From NCBI RefSeq assembly GCF_016433145.1, contig NC_058133.1:197135157-197199156 (forward strand): a stretch of 64,000 nucleotides of DNA, read 5' to 3'. Below, piece by piece: positions 11,505 through 22,500 of this stretch (position 1 is its first letter; every line of letters begins with the position of its first letter). The stretch is from Gracilinanus agilis. Taxonomy: Eukaryota. A program made the translations under genes and the position numbers. The notes beneath the pieces are model-generated. The model searched no databases. It had not been told where the DNA came from and saw only the letters and a program-made list of their open reading frames with translations.

Positions 11505-13450
11505 ACCTCCCCAACCCTATCCCTGGGATGGAGCGGCACCACATCTCCCTCCAGCCCCAACAGCATCCTGCCTGAGGCAAGAACCAAGGACACTCAGACC
11601 CCAGGGTGGGAGTGGGCTGTTTGCAACTTTCTTGGCATCCTGGTACCAAGGACCATTTTCATCCCATGCCTAGGGCCAATCCCAAGGTACTGATACAGGA
11701 GAGCCTGGAGCATGGTTCTCTGGCAAAAACTGACGGACATTTCCACTGGGGCAGTTTGTTGGGGATAGAAGGCAAAGACTACAACTCCCAGAGGGGGTTG
11801 CCCTGAAGAATCAATGGGGATACCAGGAGGGAGGGCAGGGTCAAAGGGAGTGGGGGGGTGGGGAAGAGGGGAGGGTGTCACATGACCTATCCAGTTGGTT
11901 GTCTGGGTGTCTGTCTTTCAGTCTTGAAGCTGGGCCTTTCCCCTGCTTAGCCCAGCCCAGCCTAGTGTAACCTCCTGGACCTCATTTCCTGTCTGCCACC
12001 ATAATTTTGTTTTCCCTAATTTATAGTCACTGTTCTAGACAGACCAAAGAGAAAGAACAGTGGTGGAGTCTGGGCTACTGGTCAGAAAGCTTTACCTAGC
12101 ACCCAAGCACCTTTCCCTCCTGCCTCTTCCCCACTCCCCTCTGCTGCCATTAGATGGAGATTTGATTGAGACCAACAAAAGGTCTTTGCAAATCCAGCGC
12201 AGGCGCCATGGAAACTGAAAATACTGTTTGTTCCCACAATCACTGATTCTCATGGAAAAGTCCCCAACGCTGGCAGCTGCTGTCCATTTGGGGTTAGAAC
12301 CGTTTCACGGGAACGGTTTCTTCTGAATTCTTACCCAAACAACAATATTTTCCCAAGGGGATTGATGTTCTTTAAGGAGTGGATTGTCCATCTACTCCCC
12401 TTGGTGTTTGCACTCCAGTCTATGGTTCCCTCACAACTTTACAGTACTTTGGGATCTGGGGGAAGCAGTGATGGCCAGTAGCAGAGGGGAAACAGTTCTA
12501 AGACTGGAGGGCTCTGTTCTGGGCCGTGCACTCTGCCAAATTTTGACTCTTGGCAGGAGAACCATCAGAGGGGAACTCATCTGGCTCAGTTGGATATTTG
12601 CAGGGCTAGTTCTCATTCTCTCCAGCTTTATTTAGCTGCAAGGATCCTTCTGGCTGGTTAACACAGAAAAGTATGCCATGGGCACTGTAGTGCCAGGCAT
12701 CTCCCCTTCCTCTTTTGGCTCTACCCCATGCTTCCTACTGTATTATGTTTCCCCCTAGGGGCATCATCCACGAAGCTGTCCAGCTAACCCTAAAGGCTTT
12801 GGTCAGCATCTTAACTACCTGTGAGGGAGAATGACTGGATTCTGTGGAAAACAAAGGTCAGAGTTTAGAGGGCCTCTGCCTCATGAGTCAGATAATATAT
12901 ACTTTAGTTCTGGGGTTCTAGAATAATCTAGAACTATATTTAACCTAAACACTTAGCATTGTGGGGATGGAGCTTATTGGGCAACAGGGGGAGAATTCTT
13001 TGGAAGAGATACAGAACAGGAAACAAAACAGGGTAAAATGGGCTTGGGGAGTAGGAAGAAAACCATAGGCAACCATTAGTCAAGGCTGGTTGTTATTCCA
13101 CTCAAAACAAGTGTCAAGGCTGCTAGTCTGCCCAGATGTGTAGGTCTGGGATGAGCACTAGACTCAGGCCCCCAAATTCCCTCAATTAGAGCAGATGTAG
13201 GGTTGTGGATGAGTGCTCTTGGTCTATAGATGCAGTGTTGTCCTTCTGCCATTTAAGTGTTTCTACTTCCAAACGACAATCCTCTCCCTGATCCTGCCAT
13301 AGGCAGAGCACCTCTGGCATTGTGGCCCAACTTTTATGCTCTAATCTTGAGTTGAGAAAATATATGCACAGAAGTCACTCAAAGAGACATCTTTATATCT
13401 GACTGTACATAAATGATTTTTTGTGCAATAAAGTTTGTTTTGGCAGAAGG
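11505..13450 (+). other. UBE2Z: UBE2Z 3'UTR (~1.9 kb, end approximate)
   Basis: Repeat-free sequence from the stop codon to AATAAA at 13427 with U-rich flanks. Confidence 0.75.
13427..13432 (+). terminator. UBE2Z: UBE2Z polyadenylation signal AATAAA
   Basis: tttttgtgcAATAAAgtttgttttt, with TGTA upstream and a GT/T-rich tract downstream. Confidence 0.8.
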
Positions 13451-14449
13451 AGGTTGCTGTGGGTGTGGAAGGGGCCATTAGGACCATCTCATATAGGCAG
13501 GATACTTAGTCCTGGGTACGACTTGTTGCCAGACAAGTTACCTTATCTGAAGATGATGCAGAAATCCATGAAATTGGCAGGGAGCTCTTCCTGGAGGAAA
13601 GATGGAAGAAGGGGGAGTGCCTCAACGGGTTTTAATTAGCAGCTGTTAGAACCTTCGCCTGAGTCTGCTGGTTGTGCTCCACTAGGGGCATGGTAGTGGT
13701 TCAGTGGGATAAAGGCTATCTCCGATTTAGTCAGGCCTGTGGAAACCCTAACCCAAGTCTTACATGGAGAAGCTGGGAGGGTAGTAAAAGAAAATGGTTG
13801 TCTGCCTAAAGGACATTTCTGTCCCTCAGCTGCTGCTCCAAGTAAGAGAGGAACCCCTTTGTAGATAATCCACAACTGCTCTGGGCTAATATTTTGGCAT
13901 AATAACTCCTAATGTGGTGAATGAAGATAGTTCTGATGACTCCAGAGGAGCAGAGTCATCCAGCTAATTTTCAGCCCTGCTGCATCCCAGGCAAAATGCT
14001 CATCTTCCTTCAAAGTAACAGAAGGAATAAAGCATTTGGGCTTCTCAGGCCTTTCCTAACGAGTCAGATTGCTCATTCAAAGTATAACTAAACGGGATAG
14101 GAAGGAGTTTGATTTGGCAAATTTGTAAATGACATTCATTTAGCTAGTATAAAGTAGCTTGCTTCCTTATAGATGTTTACAAAGTACTTGAACGAACATC
14201 CTGGGAGACAGAATCTAGATTCCTGGCTTAACTCATTTAGATCCTGTACCTACGCTTCTGTGACTCAGTTTCCATTTCTGCCCTACCTCTTTCACAGTTA
14301 CTGTTATAACAGTGTTTTTGGAAAATACATATAAAAATACTAGAGATGATAGTGATATCAATAATGTCCCTCCATTAAAGGAAAACCTTAGCTATCAAAA
14401 AATCCTTGAGGAAGAGAGGCAACCTTGGATCCTTTTCCTTATAAAAATG

Positions 14450-14455
14450 TTTATT
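14450..14455 (-). terminator. SNF8: SNF8 polyadenylation signal AATAAA
   Basis: TTTATT on the plus strand ~70 nt past the SNF8 stop codon. Confidence 0.75.
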
Positions 14456-14521
14456 GTTCAGGCTCTCTTGGTAGATTCTTGCCCTCTTTCCATTCTCCCC
14501 ACTGTTTTGTTCCCCCAAGAG

Positions 14522-14659
14522 TCAGGGGAGGGCCTCCCTGGCTTCCTCAGCTGTGATCTCCTGGGAGTATAGGTCTGTGAAGAGAGCTGGCAGCCAGTAG
14601 TGTGCCTCCCCTGGAGCCTGCAGGTCCAGCCAAGCCAATCCTTCTTTCAGTAGGTGCTC
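14522..14659 (-). CDS. SNF8: SNF8 (ESCRT-II subunit VPS22/EAP30) exon 8 to TGA
   Basis: cccAG acceptor; 138 nt; EHLLKEGLAWLDLQAPGEAHYWLPALFTDLYSQEITAEEAREALP*. Confidence 0.98.
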   Translation of the reverse strand, partial: EHLLKEGLAWLDLQAPGEAHYWLPALFTDLYSQEITAEEAREALP

Positions 14660-16078
14660 CTGGGGATAGAACAGGCAAGAATTTTAAGAAAAAGATAGTA
14701 GGTTTTAGTGGACCACAAGGCTTTAGGACATGCCTTATAAGAAACAAAAAAGGAGAGGAGGAAAGGCATGCCTTGGTAAGAACATAAAATAGTGTTACAT
14801 TCTGGGTACCAGATTTTGCAAAGGACATTGAACAACTGGTCCTTCTCTAGGATAGGACAATCAGGATGGTGAAGAAGATTAGATTATGCCAACCAAGAAT
14901 CACTTGAACCTAGAAGTAGGTATTAACCTGGAGAACAGAGGGAGGGGAGATGGCCAAAATCGTTAATCTTCAAGAATTTGGCATGCAGACATGGAGGAAA
15001 GTTAGATGCTAACAAGGGTGACCAGGAGCAGAGTCTCCAGAGGCAGTGCAGGGAGGAACCACAGCCTTGTAAGGTAGATAGTATTATTAACCTTAGGTTA
15101 CAGATAAGGAAACTAAAACCTATGGAGGTGAAATGATTTGCCCAGCAGCATAAGAAGTGGAAGAATCAAAATTCAAACTTGGGCCCTGATTTTTAAACCC
15201 AGTGCTCTTCCTACTACACCAAAAGATGTGTAGAAGGTGCTCCGAAAAGTTAAAAAGTGATAAATGTATATGAAGGGAAGAATCTAGGACCATCAATCCT
15301 AGAAGTGGATCTTGGAAATCAGTCAATCTAGTCTCCTGCCTTCCTATTAATGTTCTTATTTTATAGGTGATCTCTTTGGAGCCCATGGATGTTAGTTAAT
15401 TGGCTAATCAAAAATCACCCAGCTAATTAGTGGTAGAGACTAAAACCCTGGGACATTGGTATAAAATTTTATTACACATATAAACTTAACACTTCTGTGT
15501 AATAATATGTCTTCTTAATTCCCTTCATTCTTAAGACAGTGTTAGTTCTGACAGACACACCCACACATTTAGGTACTCTGATGCTTATCCTAGGGTCAGG
15601 CTTCCTTAAGATTAAGAGAGGTTCCCAATGGCAACCTACCTTCCTGTAGACATTGTAGGTTATATAACTTGGGGTTAGTCCCCATTTATTTCCTTGGAGC
15701 TAGAGTCCTTAATTTTTTTGTGTGTCATGGCCCACTTTGGCAGTCTGATGAAGACTACCAATTCCTTCTTAGAATATTTTTAAATGTATAAAAAACATAA
15801 GGCCGCAAAAGAAAATAGCTATATTGAAAGTTATCAAAATATTTTTGAAAACATTCCTAGGCAGCAAGTTAAGAAACTGCTTTAGAGAATCTTAGGGTTC
15901 AGTCACCACTAAAGAAAACAAAAGGAATTGTACAAGAAAGGGAGCCAATGGACAACAATACACAAAGCCCAGGACCCTGCTGCTACCACTCCTCAAAATG
16001 AACTAAAAGGATGAATTTCCCAACCTAGAACAGGTACTTTAGGGCCCCATGTCTCCTAACCTTTCTAAGCATACTTAC

Positions 16079-16153
16079 CAGCACTTGCCGAGCTCTCTCA
16101 GTCTCCCATTTGAGACTTGCTTTGATTTCACTGACTGTCACGTAACCATTTTT
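16079..16153 (-). CDS. SNF8: SNF8 exon 7
   Basis: ttccAG...CTG/GTaag; 75 nt; KNGYVTVSEIKASLKWETERARQVL. Confidence 0.98.
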
Positions 16154-16995
16154 CTGGAAGGAGGAAAAATAAGGCTCTAATCAGAAGGGACTGTATGCTT
16201 CCTGGCATATTGCCTCCTCCTGACCTTCCTAACTGGCAGTGTTTTCTCTATTCTAGGAACAAGGCCCTGGAGTTAGACTGCAGGTAGAGAAAATAACTGG
16301 GCATAGTCCAGAAGGGGCACAGTCATTCTTGAGTTAGAAAGATCAAACCCCAAGAACAATAGGATGGTTGGCAAAATGTTGGCTAATTTTGTTCTGGGAG
16401 GTAGAATGGCCAATTATACTTCTACTTCATCAATTTACTTTAGGGGAAAATTGGGGAAGGGACTGTTGGGATGGCTGTCTATGATCTCATTTGTTATTTT
16501 CCACCCACAAAAAAAAAATCTGCCTCTTCATGAGTATTTACAAATAATTTATCATTTAAAAACATGTATTTAGAACTGAAATAGAACTGAGAGGCTAAGT
16601 CCAATTCCTTCTTTTTACCGATAAAGACACTGAAGCCTAGAGTCACATAATAACAAGCATCAGGTTCTGACTATAGAAACATTGCTCTTTACACTGTCCC
16701 TGGGAGCAGTGGTTTAGTGGACTTGCTTCTTGAAGCAAGCCCCAGATTGGATCCCTGCCTCTGATACTACAGACTGTATGATATCAGGCACATGAGAACT
16801 TCTCAAATGCTCTGTGGCTTCCCTAAGTCTAGAAGTTGTAGAGAGCAGTGGAGGAAGTCTCACGGAAGGAAGAGTTCTTTATACCAGTGAAGTTCCAGGC
16901 CCCCATTCTTTATGTACCTGTTAGCTAAGTAATCTACTCTTGATTAGCAAATCTAGTAAGTGAGGAAAGGAAGGAATTAAGGAGCTGGGGGATAC

Positions 16996-17137
16996 CTCTG
17001 CCAGCTGCAGTACCACAGTATGATCCATGTTGAGTTCAGCAGGGACTGACTGGACCAGGTAAGTGCCTCCCACAGGAATGATGCTGAAGCCAGTGCCCAG
17101 AGCTTTCAGTTTCTTGATGGCTCGGATAAGGTCATCT
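16996..17137 (-). CDS. SNF8: SNF8 exon 6
   Basis: ctcAG...GAG/GTatc; 142 nt; DDLIRAIKKLKALGTGFSIIPVGGTYLVQSVPAELNMDHTVVLQLAE. Confidence 0.98.
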
Positions 17138-18086
17138 CTGAGAAGGGAGAGAAGTGATCCAAAGGTACCTGCCTGGCAAAACCAGCCACTCCTACCCTAT
17201 AGTCCTGTCTCTAGTTTGCTAGTGTGAAAGCATGAAGGAATCCCAAATGGCTTAAAATACTCCAGGGCTAGAAGAGTTGATCATATATAATCCCACTCAG
17301 CAGAGGATCCAAACTTCTATCTCCACTCCTTTCCCCAGCCTATGAAGAAGACATCTTTGGCCAGTCATAGAGAAGGGAAGTCCGGGTTTGCTGGTGTGCT
17401 TACTCTATCTAATGTCTTAAGGATTGCTGTTTTAAGAGCTGCTTGAGCCTCATCCATTCACACTTTCATTCATTCATATGTGATGAACAGTAGGTCTGAG
17501 CAATATGGATGGCTAGCAATCCTTTATTGTACCCTTTTCTGAAGATCTACTGTTCCATGATCTCATACTTAGGAGCTCCTTGGGAACCTGCCATATATCA
17601 ATCACTATGTATAATATAAAATCAACCTCTTATCCTCTCCCAAATTAAGGTTAGGAATGCCTGAGGTTGAACTGGGAATCATAAACTGGTATTTTTTAAA
17701 AATATGTTGTTAACTGCATTTCAATATAATTGGTCTCCCATTTAATCCTATAAGTATTTTGTTTTTTTAAATTAAAAACATTATTTTAAGGAGGAGTCCA
17801 TAGGCTTCATCAGAATGCCCAACATACAAAACAAAAAAGGTTAGAAACCCTTGTCTTGGGTCAACTAAGTCAATTTACATCCCATGATATACTCATTTAT
17901 CTCTCTTCCTTTATATCTACCCTGGTCTCCTTTGCCAGAAAGTATATGGACAAGAAGAGATGAAATTACCTAATAGTTAAAACAGTTCTTCAACTTCTAA
18001 GCAAGACTACCTAAACCCAAGGTGATTGCATCTGATCTTTAAAGATCTGTAACCTCATCCCCAAAGGAAATGAAGGAAATACCTAC

Positions 18087-18159
18087 TGGCTGACATCCTG
18101 AGCAAACTTGCCCCTTCCCTTCAACACCTGCTGGTGTAGCTCCTCCAAAGTGATCAGAC
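18087..18159 (-). CDS. SNF8: SNF8 exon 5
   Basis: ttAG...CA/GTaggt; 73 nt; (G)LITLEELHQQVLKGRGKFAQDVS(Q). Confidence 0.97.
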
Positions 18160-19126
18160 CTAAGGGGGTGGGACAGTACAAATCAGGTGGAAAGAATCCC
18201 TGTATAAGCAGCAGCCATTCACAGGGTTCACCTTAATTACTAAACTTGAACCTGACAGTATCCTCCTTCTTAGTTACTGAGCTCTTTTGGCCCTTCTCCC
18301 ATGAAAATAACCAACCATTGGTAGGTAATAGGAACTATTAGAGCCAACAGAACTGAGGCATTTCTTAAGGATCATACATAAGACCAGATAATAGAAAATT
18401 AAAGACAGCATTGCCTCTAAAAAGTTAAAAATATTTTACTAACACTAAGGCCATAGCCATTCCCAGCCAATGGACACACAGGTATCTTGGCTCTCTTAAC
18501 TAAGGATCAAGAGCCAGCCTTCAAGTCAGGAGGAACTGGTTTCAAGTTCTGACTCTACATGTTAGCTGTGTGATCCTGTTTAAGTAACTAACCCTTTCAA
18601 TGCTTTGCACAGTACCCCAGGATTGCAAGTGACAGAGAAGGCACAGATCTGTCTTGTTGGAAGTATTGCCTCACCCAGGAGTTTCCAATACCAATAAAAT
18701 CCCAGGTCCATGTTCAACCTCCTGCCTTAACCAATTTATGCACAATTAATCCAATGTGGTCAGTAACATGGTAACCCCCTGAAGACTTTCTGGAAACCCC
18801 TGTCCTGTTAGCAGTTTTGGAACTGACTTGTCACATGTCCAACAGCCTGACAGCTAACCCAGCATGGCAAGGAGAAGCAAGGCTGGATTGGCCATCCTTT
18901 TACTATCAATTGGGAAGTTTGCCCAGAAAGATTACATGACTTTTTCCAGGTCATCATGTCATGAATTAAATCTGACCTATATCAGAGGCCTCTTCCCTGC
19001 AACAATTAGAGATTGAACTGTCAAAATGCTATGAAGAGCAAAAGATAATCTCCTGTCCTTGGATGTGGAGACTTAAAATGGAGTGACAATGCCTTCAGAA
19101 AAGTTTTTTAAGATATAAAAAACAGG

Positions 19127-19298
19127 GAGCAGTTAGGTAGTATAGTAGATAGAGCACCAGACCTGGGTTCAAATCTGACCTCAGACATTTCTTAGTTGTG
19201 TGACCCTGGACAAATTAACCCCAATTGTCTAGTCCTTGCCACTCTTCTATCTTAGAACTGATGCTAAGACAGAAGGTAAGGGTTAAAAAAAAAAAAAA
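19127..19298 (+). mobile_element. Marsupial SINE in SNF8 intron 4
   Basis: SINE consensus with A13 tail. Confidence 0.85.
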
Positions 19299-19380
19299 GA
19301 TCTAATCAGGGACAGGAATAAGATGAATCTGAGAGGCAAAGTATCCTATAACACTCATCATTCAACCACCTTTTCCTCAC

Positions 19381-19485
19381 CTCCATTCCGATGCTTTAGT
19401 GCCAAACACACTTCAATAATCTGAACACCCAGCTCATAATAAAAGTCTCCAACACCCAACATTTCAGACCAAAATCCTTTTCCAG
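19381..19485 (-). CDS. SNF8: SNF8 exon 4
   Basis: cttAG...G/GTgag; 105 nt; (S)[34 protein letters not shown]. Confidence 0.98.
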
Positions 19486-20070
19486 CTAAGGGAAAGAAGC
19501 AGAAAAGCCAAGGTTATTCTATCACTCTATGACCTTCAAATTTCCCTTCCTACAAGAAGCCCTTCAATAACTTTGCTCACTCTTTTCCCCAAAAACCCTT
19601 TAACACTTATTTGGTGGTCCCCATTATTAGATAAACAAAATGGTATAATTAAAAAAACATTTCTACTTGATTTAGATTTTAGAATGTACTGCAGGAACAC
19701 AGCAGATGACTCTTCCTAAATCAATATGGCTCAGATATAGGTGAAAATGAGTTTCTGTAAACATAAAAATACTGACTGACTGATAGAAGAGATAACCTGG
19801 AAAAAGCTGAGGAACAGAGTATTGAAAGAATATTTTTTAAAAAATCTGATAATACAAAATAGTTTTGGCAAACAACCCACCTAGTTTATACAGTATTCTA
19901 TTTTCCCCCCTTCTAAATTAACAGTTCCTTCAGGCCAGGGGCTATCTCTTCCCTATCTGTTGAAGAGCTCTTTAAGGGTAATAAGACCCTGTAGTTCTCC
20001 CCATAGGTGTTACTCAATTGATAATACCCTTCCATCCTGGAATTCTGAGGTGTAATGGGATTCACTAGAG

Positions 20071-20199
20071 CAGGGGTCAGCAATGCATGGCTCTTTCTGC
20101 AGGAGCCATAAAGTCAATTTTTTTTTTCAGGTGCTGTTACAGGAGCGCGCACTGTGAGTACTGTACAGCTCTCACAGCCAAAAAGGTTGCTGACCCCTG
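20071..20199 (+). mobile_element. hAT MITE, family B, short (doubly deleted) copy, 20 nt from the SNF8 exon 3 donor
   Basis: TIRs caggggtcagcaa / ttgctgacccctg; TSD cactagag/ccctagat; colinear with 57901-58106. Confidence 0.9.
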
Positions 20200-20219
20200 C
20201 CCTAGATGAAATGTCTTAC

Positions 20220-20358
20220 AGGCCAAAGGATCAACCCCAATGGTGGCACACATGTCCTGGAACTGCAATCGGAACTGAGGATTCTTCCGGATTTCTTGCT
20301 TGTGTTTGCTGGCAAATTCTTCCAAGTTGGTCTTGAACATGTCCAGCTGCTTTGACAT
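20220..20358 (-). CDS. SNF8: SNF8 exon 3
   Basis: catAG...T/GTaag; 139 nt; MSKQLDMFKTNLEEFASKHKQEIRKNPQFRLQFQDMCATIGVDPLA. Confidence 0.98.
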
Positions 20359-21054
20359 CTATGATAGAATGTGAAGGGCAACCCAGTTAGGCAACAGGCA
20401 AGTGTCAGCATTGGATTCTTGGCCTAGAGGCAGAGGGAAGGCTGAAAGTACTTAGAAGAGTCCCATTTAGGTCTAAAACCCTGTTTTCTGTTCTTACCTC
20501 TCTCTCCTCTGCTACCCCCTTTTCTCCACTCTTCCACTCTTCCACAGGAAGAAATGAATCTGTGGTTGTTATATGAGATTCAATTGGTAAAAAATATTTT
20601 GGACACATGGAGCTTCCACTATTAATAAGTCAGGGAAGCACTAAACTTAGTCATGAGTTAAAGGTATTTTTGATTGCTTTCCAAGGCCACATAAAAGCAA
20701 TTTGGGAATTATGCTGTTTTTAAAAATTATATATATACTTCTTTTCCTGTATCTTTCACACTCCCAGTAGAAATGCCTGGTTTATTTCCCCAGCTGACCT
20801 TCCCCCAACATAAATTAATATAAGCCTTTCTTAAGCAAGATGTTTAGAAATTTTAATTGATTTACATCTGTCATCTTTAAAAGAATCAGAATTTCACAGA
20901 GGCAAAGAGTAGTTTTTCTGACCGTTCAACTAAAATATTGGCATGAGCTGATTATAAGGGCATTTATAGAAGTAGGTTATACATTTATAGGGGGTAAATC
21001 AGAACACGTTTATATATGTACATGCTTTATAAAACTTAAATTCATATAGACTAG

Positions 21055-21250
21055 TCTTTTTTTTTTTAAACCTTTACCTTCAGTCTTGGAGTCAATACTG
21101 TGTATTGGCTCCAAGGCAGAAGAGTGGTAAGGGCTAGGCAATGGGGGTCAAGTGACTTGCCCAGGGTCACACAGCTGGGAAGTGTCTGAGGCCAGATTTG
21201 AATTTAGGACCTCCCATCTCTAGGTCTGACTCTCAATCCACTGAACTACC
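21055..21250 (-). mobile_element. Marsupial SINE in SNF8 intron 2
   Basis: Reverse-complement SINE consensus with T-run tail. Confidence 0.88.
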
Positions 21251-21930
21251 CAAAACTAGCCTATATGAAGGATAGGCTAGTTTTTGAAGATAATAAGAAA
21301 TTATTTTCATTTCATATACATATACATTTCATATACCTGTTACAGTATTTTTGGTCTGCAAGGTTCATGATACTTTTGTGAGTACCTCTGGGTTGTAGAT
21401 GTGTGTAATGGGTGTCTACCATTTTAATAATGCTTTTCATCATGTTAGACTTTATTTGCAAATTTCCCCTTCCATGCTATCTTCCTCCCTCCCCACAATA
21501 CATAAAAATCTCATTTAACTGAGAGTGAAAATTGAGGTATATCCAGTCTGAATTTATGACTTTCCCAGGGTCACTGATTAAATGAATGACAGTCTTTTTG
21601 AACACGGTTATTCTGTCAGCACCTTTCCAGTAAGCTTAAAGGTTGAGCTCCAGAACAAAGAGACTTCCTTTTTAGAAAGTCAGTTAAATGAAAGCAAAAG
21701 CTTAGGCCCTGGAGCTCTCCAACTACGGCAAACTAAAACAGCCTGCTCCCCTGAACCCTGCTGTGGGTTCAAAGTCAGAGATCTAGGATTAAAGGGCCTG
21801 GTCCTGATAACGTGGTTATTTTCCATAATCGTCAGTTTTCTCATCTGCAAAAGGAAGGGATTGGCCTAGATGATCTTCAAGGTCCCTTCCAGCTCCAAAT
21901 TCTGTGATTTCATGATCCCAACCAGCTCAC

Positions 21931-21981
21931 CTGGGCCAGCTGGTCCTCGGCCAGAACAGTGCCCCGTTCCTTATATTTGGC
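21931..21981 (-). CDS. SNF8: SNF8 exon 2
   Basis: cacAG...CAG/GTgag; 51 nt; AKYKERGTVLAEDQLAQ. Confidence 0.98.
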
Positions 21982-22500
21982 CTGTGGGAGAATAACATTA
22001 GGATGAGCCTGCGAGTGGAGCGGTTCGGGGTCCCCTCCCGGCCTGGGATAACCGGCACCGCTGGGGCCGGAGAGCAGAATTTGAGAGGGCAGGGGCCTGA
22101 TTTAGGGATTGCCGAGACCGAGGAAGAGAGGTCTGGCCTGGGGAAGTGGGGTAGGGTGGGGATAACCAGCTTCGGGGACAGAGCACGAAAGGGGAGCTCG
22201 GTTCTCGGGAGGCCCGGGGGCGTCACCTCGGCCAGCTTCTTCTTGGCAATGGCGCCGGCGCCCACCCCGCGGCGGTGCATCCCTGCCCACACGCCGGCCT
22301 TTCGGCCGTTCCAGTTGAGGGGATCAGCCAAGAACTGCTCAATAAGGAAGTGCCGGCTCCTCTACGTCATCTCCCCGCGCCGGAAGAGAAAACGCGCGAC
22401 GTCCGGCGTCCGGCGGTCTGGCGTTCACTGCTTTATTGGTCTCGCGTGGCCAGTATTCCCCTCACCTAGACCTTGCAGGGACCGTCCTAACCTTTTTTTC
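21960..22500 (-). promoter_or_regulatory. SNF8: SNF8 CpG-island, TATA-less promoter
   Basis: Only CpG-dense stretch in the window. ETS-type GGAAGTG 22346-22352 and CCGGAAG 22380-22386, CRE-like ACGTCA 22364-22369, CCAAT box (ATTGG 22435-22439), TCTCGCG-type motif 22440-22446. Confidence 0.85.
22227..22280 (-). CDS. SNF8: SNF8 exon 1, coding part (ATG at 22280-22278)
   Basis: MHRRGVGAGAIAKKKLAE then GAG/GTgac; the 8 exons total 777 nt = 258 aa + stop. Confidence 0.98.

Noticed and set aside
16986-16995. SNF8 intron 6 donor GTATCC resembling a U12 5' splice site
   Set aside because: It continues CCCA rather than TTT, and the 3' end has a normal polypyrimidine tract with no TCCTTAAC branch. 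Treated as U2-type.
21927-22331. Apparent N-terminal extension of SNF8 (MADPLNWNG...)
   Set aside because: The first codon is TTG, not ATG, and the ORF continues through intron 1. The true start is ATG 22280.
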